DNA of 41,679 nucleotides from a virus. The stretch is taken from IMG/VR virus record IMGVR_UViG_3300045988_173913, positions 1 through 41,679 of that record; one strand, written 5' to 3'. Shown here piece by piece: positions 36,235-41,679 of the stretch. The translations under genes and the position numbers were made by a program. Under the pieces are notes generated by a model. The model saw only the letters and a list, made by a program, of their open reading frames with translations, ran no database searches and was not told the origin of the DNA. Every line of letters starts with the position of its first letter. The first letter of the stretch is position 1.

Positions 36235-38121
36235 TTAAAATCCACCTCGACGGTTATACGCAACCTCCGCCGCTTGCGCTATCATATCTGCAATATCGTC
36301 ATGCTTCGCCTTCCCATCTTCTGTAAGCAATAATAACTCCTTCATTACTAATTGACTTACACGATGAGATGCGTTCTCAGGGAAAAGAATATTCCCACTC
36401 TCTATCATCGGCTTCATATCCATTACCCTCATCATCTTATCCCTACCCCTCGGCTTAAATCTCCTTACCGGTATCCCTCCAAGACGCCTTAAATCCTCTA
36501 TAAGCCTCATTCCACTCGCCGCATCTTCTATCCAAACACTCGTTATCCTCTGCCGATTCCCCACTCTACCATTCCACGTCCGATAAAATGTCATAAATTT
36601 CCTAACCAACTCCTCACTCGATATTTTCCCATACAACAAGTCTATCAAATGCAATCGGTTAGTATCCATTGTCCTTCCCCACAACCCTATCGCTGTGTTG
36701 TCGGCTGTCTCACTTGAACGAAAAGCCGTATCAGAAGCCATAAATACCTCACGATACTGCGTCCCAGGCACATAATGGTAAAACTTAAACCACTCCGCTT
36801 TAAACATATTCCCATTGTACAATACTGGCTCTTGTTGCCTCTGAGCCGCAAATACCGCTGGATTCGCAAGTTGCTCCTTCAACAGCATCTCCACTGGAAA
36901 TTGGCTCTCCCAAAAACTCCTCGGCGGATTCACTGTATCATCTAACGCAGGTACTTTTATCACTTCAAAGTCATTCCTATACTTCTCCAATACATACCCC
37001 ACCAAATCATCTACCGCAACCCTCTGCATTATTATGATTATTGGCGTCTTTGTCGGATTATTTAGTCGCTTGCTAAATACTGTCTCATACGATTCCTTTA
37101 CTATTCGCTTCTTGGTTTCCGAATTGAAAAATAATGGATTTAAGGCGTCGTCGATTACTACACAGCCTCCCCATTCGTCTCCGTGAACCCCGCAATTATG
37201 TACAAGAATTTTACTGTGAGTTATAAAAAAGTTATTAACATTCTTTACGGAAAGGCAATAACTTGGTTTATTATGAATATTAACAATGCTTTTTATGCGC
37301 CTATACCCCATTTTGAAGGGTATTCTATCATTACACGAATTAGAGCCGAGGTTAGACGAAAGAAGCTCTCCAACTTGTAGCTCATATCCCCTTTTTAAAC
37401 CTTCTGATGTGTAAAAAATATGGTCGGTAGTGGCTTCAATTACCTCTCCTCCTTCTATCTCTATTCTTAAATATTTATCTTCCTTATTATACACATAATC
37501 AACAACTTCTGATAATACCCTTTCCCCGCTTTCTTTCATTCCCCATACTTTTAATCCACTGGGTTTATCTTCGACTAATTTTCCTATCTTCTCAAATCCA
37601 TTCTCACACTCCACTAATGTATCATAATCAAAACAACCAAAACTCGTAATAGCACTCTCTATTGGCGCACTCCTAAATCCTCCCTTCGCAGCTGTCTCCC
37701 ACAACTCCTTCGCTTGCGTCGTACTACTCAACTTCACCCCAAACATCTTCTGCCATACAGGGTGTCTCATTATCGCCAATATGTCATCGCTCGTCCGATT
37801 ACATACCTGCTCCTGATAACTCGTAAATATAAAATTGCTCTTAGGATTGTGTATGAACCCCCAAGTTATGAAAAATTGCATTATTACGCTCTTCCCACTC
37901 CTCGGACTCATGCTTATTACCAAATTCTTCTTCTTGTTCGTCCCAAATACATACGACTCCAATGCCTCGCATATCTTCTTGTGAAAAGGCAAAAATGTAA
38001 AATCTGTCCCATACAACAACCGAAAAAAGAATATCAAATATAAGCTAAAATCACTCCTCAACGCCGTCGCTGTCGATTGTATGTTGGCAGGGTCTAACAA
38101 TTTCTCAAAGTCTATTTTCAT
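36235..38121 (-). CDS. terL: Terminase large subunit containing a mini-intein
   Basis: Walker A is MSPRSGKSVIM, with an ATPase N-domain and a nuclease C-domain. The intein blocks are CFDYDTLV (A), TTDHIF (B) and LVHN/C (G). Confidence 0.75.
   Translation of the reverse strand: MKIDFEKLLDPANIQSTATALRSDFSLYLIFFFRLLYGTDFTFLPFHKKICEALESYVFGTNKKKNLVISMSPRSGKSVIMQFFITWGFIHNPKSNFIFTSYQEQVCNRTSDDILAIMRHPVWQKMFGVKLSSTTQAKELWETAAKGGFRSAPIESAITSFGCFDYDTLVECENGFEKIGKLVEDKPSGLKVWGMKESGERVLSEVVDYVYNKEDKYLRIEIEGGEVIEATTDHIFYTSEGLKRGYELQVGELLSSNLGSNSCNDRIPFKMGYRRIKSIVNIHNKPSYCLSVKNVNNFFITHSKILVHNCGVHGDEWGGCVVIDDALNPLFFNSETKKRIVKESYETVFSKRLNNPTKTPIIIIMQRVAVDDLVGYVLEKYRNDFEVIKVPALDDTVNPPRSFWESQFPVEMLLKEQLANPAVFAAQRQQEPVLYNGNMFKAEWFKFYHYVPGTQYREVFMASDTAFRSSETADNTAIGLWGRTMDTNRLHLIDLLYGKISSEELVRKFMTFYRTWNGRVGNRQRITSVWIEDAASGMRLIEDLRRLGGIPVRRFKPRGRDKMMRVMDMKPMIESGNILFPENASHRVSQLVMKELLLLTEDGKAKHDDIADMIAQAAEVAYNRRGGF
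37195..37635 (-). mobile_element. Mini-intein (147 aa, residues 163-309 of TerL; no homing-endonuclease domain)
   Basis: Begins with Cys (CFDYDTLV), has the internal TxxH block (EATTDHIF), and ends ...ILVHN followed by a +1 Cys. The coding-region composition differs from the flanking extein. Confidence 0.7.
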
Positions 38122-38157
38122 AAGTCGCTACAAATAACAATATTAACAATAATAGCC

Positions 38158-38871
38158 CTAAATGTCTATTATCTCTCCGCTCTCACGCTTCTCCTTAACC
38201 TTCTCCTGCTCCTCTGCCACCGCACTCGTATCATGATAACCCTCCGCCTCTAAATCCGTACTGCTATCCCTTATCGCCATCAACTCACCCCTTATCTCCT
38301 TTATCTTGTTCATATCTATCGTATGCTTGTGATTCACCTCCATATTCACTGTACTCGTACTCTTACCAAAATTCTCCCTGTCCAACCTCTCCAATATCCA
38401 CTTACTGTCATTCACGTCCTTATTCTTTATCACATTCTCCGCTATGTTCAATAACGCCTGACTCACCAATCGCTCACTCAACGCCTCTAACCTGTCCCCA
38501 AGCTTTACATACTTCTCCTTCAACTTCCTAAACTTACTCGGCATTATGTCACAATAGGCACACAACTTCCCCCCCTTTAACCCATTCTGCGCCCCCTCCT
38601 TCATCCGCTTATACAAATTTACTCCCAAATACACATAATAGCTACTCTTCCGCTTCTCCTCCTCCGCTATACCAGGGTCTATCGCCTTGAATACGTCCTT
38701 GTCCGCCTCCTCCATAGCATCAAATTCTACCGCATTCTTTATCCCCCTTCCATGTATCCTCCACTCATTCTCCCCATACAAATGCTTATACCTCACCGAG
38801 TTCGCCTGCGCCTTCAACAACTTCTCGCTGCTTCCCCCTTCCACAACTCCATTTGAACCTTCTTCTAACAT
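38158..38871 (-). CDS. Putative terminase small subunit
   Basis: 237 aa, directly upstream of terL. GGAGG RBS. The C-terminal ...WILERLDRENFG resembles TerS families. The assignment is tentative. Confidence 0.4.
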   Translation of the reverse strand: MLEEGSNGVVEGGSSEKLLKAQANSVRYKHLYGENEWRIHGRGIKNAVEFDAMEEADKDVFKAIDPGIAEEEKRKSSYYVYLGVNLYKRMKEGAQNGLKGGKLCAYCDIMPSKFRKLKEKYVKLGDRLEALSERLVSQALLNIAENVIKNKDVNDSKWILERLDRENFGKSTSTVNMEVNHKHTIDMNKIKEIRGELMAIRDSSTDLEAEGYHDTSAVAEEQEKVKEKRESGEIIDI

Positions 38872-38874
38872 ACC

Positions 38875-39275
38875 TAGCCTCCATTACTCATTGTTATCTC
38901 TAATCTTACTATTACCCCCCCCCTCTCTCACATACGCGTACCATTGTCAAGCATTTTATCTACTCCCACATACCCCTTTTCTTATATTTTTTTCCAAAAC
39001 GCCTCCCCCTCCCTCACAACAATATCGCGTCCCCCATACCACCACACACCTCCACCACCCCCCTCTCCCTATCCCCATATCCCTTGCTACCACTACCAGC
39101 AACCCTACCTCTACTTCTTTCCCTTAACATACCCTACCTTTCGTTATATCCCTTATCTTATATCCCTTACCTTAGGTTCTATCTTATCTCTCTCTCTCTT
39201 ACATCGTACCTCAACACCCCCACCCCCTAAACCCCCCTCCCCCTCGCTTGCGTTTTTGCTATGGGGGGGGTATTT
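38875..39275. promoter_or_regulatory. Non-coding polypyrimidine (C/T on + strand) tract with C9 and G8 homopolymers
   Basis: About 400 bp with almost no G on the + strand. ccccccccc lies at about 38915 and gggggggg at about 39263. The ORFs called here by the track are proline-rich low-complexity artefacts. Confidence 0.5.
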
Positions 39276-39639
39276 TAGGGCAAAAAAGCTAAAATCCTCT
39301 AAAACGCGCAAAATTACACTTAAAATCGATTTTGTTTAAAAAGGTATATGATCATATAGGCAACACAATAAAAATCGTTTTTAGGTGGCTTTTTGTTGCA
39401 AATAGAGGCACTCACAATTTGGGGGGCAATCGTTTTTTTGGGGGAAAGCCGACAAATACACAACTTTTTGCCGATTGCAGTTTAAGGCCGCCTTTTATCG
39501 TTTGTAAGTGCTTCATTATCAATGAGTTGCGATCGGCAAATGGGACAAAATTAGACATAATGAACCTTATGCGACAAAACATAAGTTGTTGATTATCAAC
39601 TAACTATTATTTATTGGGTTTATTTTGTCATTTTTTAAG

Positions 39640-39770
39640 GATTGCTGACAGGCAATCCGCGCAATCTGTCAAAGGCCACAAACGCAAGCAACAATCGCAA
39701 GCCGTTGCAATCTGTGGAGTCGGACAATCCGCGCAAGCCCTTTGCCGCAAACGCAAGCAACGGCGAAAAA
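39640..39770. promoter_or_regulatory. Iteron-like cluster (caatccgcgcaa x2, aaacgcaagcaac x2, gcaatctgt x2)
   Basis: The short direct repeats were read directly from the sequence. Candidate origin or binding-site array. Confidence 0.4.
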
Positions 39771-39910
39771 AGAAAAAAGTCTTTCGCAGCCCTACTTTCT
39801 GCAGCTTGTGAATTTTCGGGAAATTTTTTGGGAAAGTACAAATGGATTTTTGTCGTCGAAAAAAAACGAAACGAAAAAAAAAGAAAAAGAGAAAAAAAAA
39901 AGAAAGAAAG

Positions 39911-39939
39911 AAAAAAAACGCCTTTACGCAAGTAAAGGC
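39911..39939 (-). terminator. Rho-independent terminator for leftward transcription
   Basis: Stem gccttta/taaaggc with loop cgcaag, followed on the minus strand by a U9 run. Confidence 0.45.
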
Positions 39940-40043
39940 TAAAAAAAAAGAAAGCCCTTGAAAAAAAAAAGAGAAAAGAAAAAAAATCCGCGCGCGGAAC
40001 AATTTTTGGGGGGGCGCGAAAAGTTAGATGGGTGTAACAAGCC

Positions 40044-40180
40044 GAAAGCGAGCGGCGCAAAAAAATATAATAAAATTGCTTGACAATTTTAAAAAAAGAG
40101 TCTGCGAAAAGGAAAGCGAGCGGCGCAAAAAAAATATAAAAAATTGCTTGACAATTTTAAAAAAAGAGTCTTGCGAAAAG
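40044..40180. repeat. Tandem duplication of a 68-bp unit; each copy carries a TTGACA box
   Basis: The unit gaaagcgagcggcgcaaaaaaatataa(t/a)aaaattgcttgacaattttaaaaaaagagtct(t)gcgaaaag occurs at 40044-40111 and again at 40112-40180. Confidence 0.8.
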
Positions 40181-40311
40181 CGGCTAACTTTTTTTGAGGC
40201 GGGAAGGGAAAAGCGCAAAAAAAAGATAAAAATATATAAAAAATTTAAGGGCGTTGCGCAAGTGGTTGAAAATGAAGGAAATAAAATTTTAAAAAAAATA
40301 TAAAAAAAATG

Positions 40312-40340
40312 TTGACATTGAAAAAGAAAAGTGTGATTAT
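40312..40340 (+). promoter_or_regulatory. Sigma70-like promoter TTGACA-17-TGTGATTAT (extended -10)
   Basis: TTGACA is at 40312-40317. A 17-nt spacer leads to TGn + GATTAT at 40332-40340. It points into the GC-rich segment 40345-40700. Confidence 0.45.
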
Positions 40341-40743
40341 GCGTGCATGAAAAATGAAGATTACGCTGCAAGGAGACGCCCGGGGGATAATATCGCGATA
40401 TTGTCCCGCGCCGGGGAAGTATTTTTTTGCAAAAATCTCAACGGGGTTTGCGCATTTGCGACCAAAAACAGAGCCGCGGAACAATATCGTTTTTACGCGA
40501 CGGAGGGCGGATTGTTGTTTTGCGCGGTGCAAATCTTTGTTGCAAGCAAAGAGTCCGTTAGCGTTGACACGCGTGCAGGGGGTTTTTGCTTTTTGACAAA
40601 AAGCAAAGATGACACTCTTCGTCTCCCGACACACGCGGAACTCCGAGAGGTCTTTGCTTTTGTCGGCTGGCAACGCGAATATCACTTTTATGCGCAAATA
40701 GATTCCTATTTTGCATAATCAACACATGGAAAGGTAAAAAAAA

Positions 40744-41004
40744 ATGAAGGTAAACGCAAAAAATTATGATAAGGCGCTAAAGCGTCTTTGCTTTAACGAC
40801 ATAAACGCGGCACTGCGCCTGTCTCGAAAAGTCACGGCTAATCCGGGCGCCGAATATGTCAAAGATTACGGCTATATTGCGCGCGGCGACGCGTGGATGG
40901 ACAACAACGGATTGCGCGGCCGCTATTATTACGGCAAGCGAGGGGATCTCATCGAGTTTGATCTAACGGATGCCGACCAATGTCAAATTTTAGGGTGGAT
41001 TTAA
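40744..41004 (+). CDS. Hypothetical small protein whose stop lies inside the R element, directly abutting the CRISPR array
   Basis: 86 aa. Its 26-nt 5' region, including ATGAAG, is identical to that of ORF 41227. Confidence 0.35.
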   Translation: MKVNAKNYDKALKRLCFNDINAALRLSRKVTANPGAEYVKDYGYIARGDAWMDNNGLRGRYYYGKRGDLIEFDLTDADQCQILGWI

Positions 41005-41010
41005 ACACGG

Positions 41011-41174
41011 GTTTCAATCCACGCGCCCCCCGCGGGGGGCGCGACCCGCAAATAGATTCCTATTTTGCATAATTTTATTGTTTCAATCCACGCGCCCGCG
41101 GGGGCGCGACGTTTGCGCTTTTGCGAATAAAAACAAGGGGGCGGTTTCAATCCACGCGCCCGCGGGGGCGCGAC
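41011..41174 (-). CRISPR. Orphan mini-CRISPR array with a type I-C-like repeat (3 repeats, 2 spacers; minus-strand repeat GTCGCGCCCGCGGGGGCGCGTGGATTGAAAC)
   Basis: Repeats lie at 41011-41045 (35 bp, with homopolymer-expanded C6/G6), 41080-41110 and 41144-41174 (identical, 31 bp). Spacers lie at 41046-41079 (34 nt) and 41111-41143 (33 nt). The repeat's reverse complement ends GCGTGGATTGAAAC, as in type I-C repeats. Confidence 0.8.
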
Positions 41175-41226
41175 AATATCAAATTTTAGGGTGGATTTAA
41201 ACACAAACATGGAAAGGTAAAAAAAA

Positions 41227-41574
41227 ATGAAGATCAAATTAACAAGAAATGATTTAAGGAACAATTTTGGCGTTATTGTAAGCTGCGGATGTTGCGAATT
41301 GCAATCCCTTCTAAGCATAAAAAACCGCGTCGGATATAACAAGGGCGTTTGCGGCTGGAATTTTGATATTTTCGATTTTGGCGGCGTCGGCTTAATTACG
41401 GGATACCGCACACGCGGCGCGGATATTAAACTTTCACGGGAATTTTGCACGCGCTGGAACGACCGCGCAAGCAATGCAACTTATGAGGGAAGAAAGCAAA
41501 TTCTTAATGAATTTGAAAGGGAATTGCAAAGACTTGCACGGGAATTTGTAGAAATTAAGATTAAAAGCAAATAA
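41227..41574 (+). CDS. Hypothetical Cys-rich small protein downstream of the array; it carries two GCACGGGAAT motifs
   Basis: 115 aa. Shares its 5' region with ORF 40744. Contains SCGCCELQ and CGWNFD cysteines. Confidence 0.4.
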   Translation: MKIKLTRNDLRNNFGVIVSCGCCELQSLLSIKNRVGYNKGVCGWNFDIFDFGGVGLITGYRTRGADIKLSREFCTRWNDRASNATYEGRKQILNEFERELQRLAREFVEIKIKSK

Positions 41575-41679
41575 AAGCACGGGCAAGGATTAAAGAAAAG
41601 CACGGGCAAGGATTAAAGAAAAGCACGGGCAAGGATTAAATAAAAGCACGGGCAAGGATTAAATAAAAGCACGGGCAAG
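41573..41679. repeat. Tandem 23-bp repeat, 4.6 copies in two variants (...attaaag x2, ...attaaat x2, then a partial copy), continuous with 1-60
   Basis: Direct reading: the last 15 nt equal the first 15 nt of the window. Confidence 0.9.

Noticed and set aside
38944-39339. ORF-track + strand ORF encoding a proline/pyrimidine-rich 131-aa protein. The overlapping 38687-39127 ORF is similar.
   Set aside because: It is a direct translation of the C/T homopolymer-rich non-coding tract and is extremely low-complexity (PPPPPSPYP...). It has no RBS and overlaps the terS 5' region on the other strand.
39332-39592. 86-aa + strand ORF in the palindrome-rich region
   Set aside because: It has no convincing RBS and spans several palindromes and inverted repeats. 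It is more likely non-coding. Retained as a low possibility only.
39614-40371. Several overlapping ORFs on both strands (39614-39811, 39642-39935, 39742-39942, 39628-40002, 39635-40060, 40028-40303, 40024-40371)
   Set aside because: They are translations of poly(A)/poly(T) and iteron sequence (KKKEKEKKKRKK and FFFFFLSFFF). There is no codon structure. The region is better explained as regulatory or origin DNA.
40245-40718. Overlapping ORFs 40347-40718 (+) and 40245-40697 (-) in the GC-rich segment
   Set aside because: Mutually exclusive, with no RBS and no recognisable domains. The + ORF would start at the predicted transcription start site. They are treated as a possible ncRNA or regulatory segment instead of being called as CDS.
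1-41679. Searched for integrase/recombinase, cas genes, reverse transcriptase/DGR and tRNA genes
   Set aside because: No ORF showed tyrosine or serine recombinase, Cas, or RT motifs. No variable-repeat/template-repeat pair was seen near the tail-fibre gene. tRNAs cannot be reliably excluded by eye, and tRNAscan-SE should be run.

Overview
The window reads as a complete, or circularly permuted, ~41.7 kb tailed-phage genome of myovirus type. Its two ends carry the same 23-bp tandem repeat. The left third (193-13805, + strand) is an early, replication and anti-defence block. It holds a SleB-like secreted cell-wall hydrolase, a Cas4-like PD-(D/E)XK/4Fe-4S nuclease, a RecT-like annealase and an unannotated 53-aa RHH regulator. 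It also holds a HAD phosphatase, a MazG-like pyrophosphohydrolase, two Lar-like restriction-alleviation proteins and an SSB-like protein ending in DDDMPF. The replication genes are a RusA resolvase, a replisome organizer, a DnaB helicase, a DnaC-like fragment lacking its Walker A half, and a Dps-like protein. A bidirectional hairpin terminator at about 13.9 kb separates this block from a long minus-strand late block (13961-38871). That block runs terminase small and large subunits, portal, protease/scaffold, decoration protein, major capsid, connectors, tail sheath, tail tube, chaperone, tape measure, baseplate and spike, and tail fibre. It ends in a GC-rich island holding the holin-like genes. 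The terminase large subunit contains a 147-aa mini-intein. The tail chaperone carries a canonical -1 slippery site (T TTT TTA) whose frameshift product ends exactly on the tape-measure ATG. The right-end 2.8 kb (38.9-41.7 kb) is largely non-coding and highly structured. It contains a polypyrimidine tract, palindromes, an iteron-like cluster, a poly(A) tract, a 68-bp tandem duplication with TTGACA boxes, and a promoter feeding a GC-rich segment. Most notably it contains an orphan mini-CRISPR array on the minus strand. The array has three type I-C-like repeats (GTCGCGCCCGCGGGGGCGCGTGGATTGAAAC) and two spacers and lies in a mosaic of duplicated 25-26-bp elements. One spacer matches a locus about 350 bp away in the same genome. 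No cas genes, integrase or tRNAs were recognised. A strand-specific GCACGGG motif, which is also the core of the terminal tandem repeat, is strongly clustered within about 5 kb of that repeat array.
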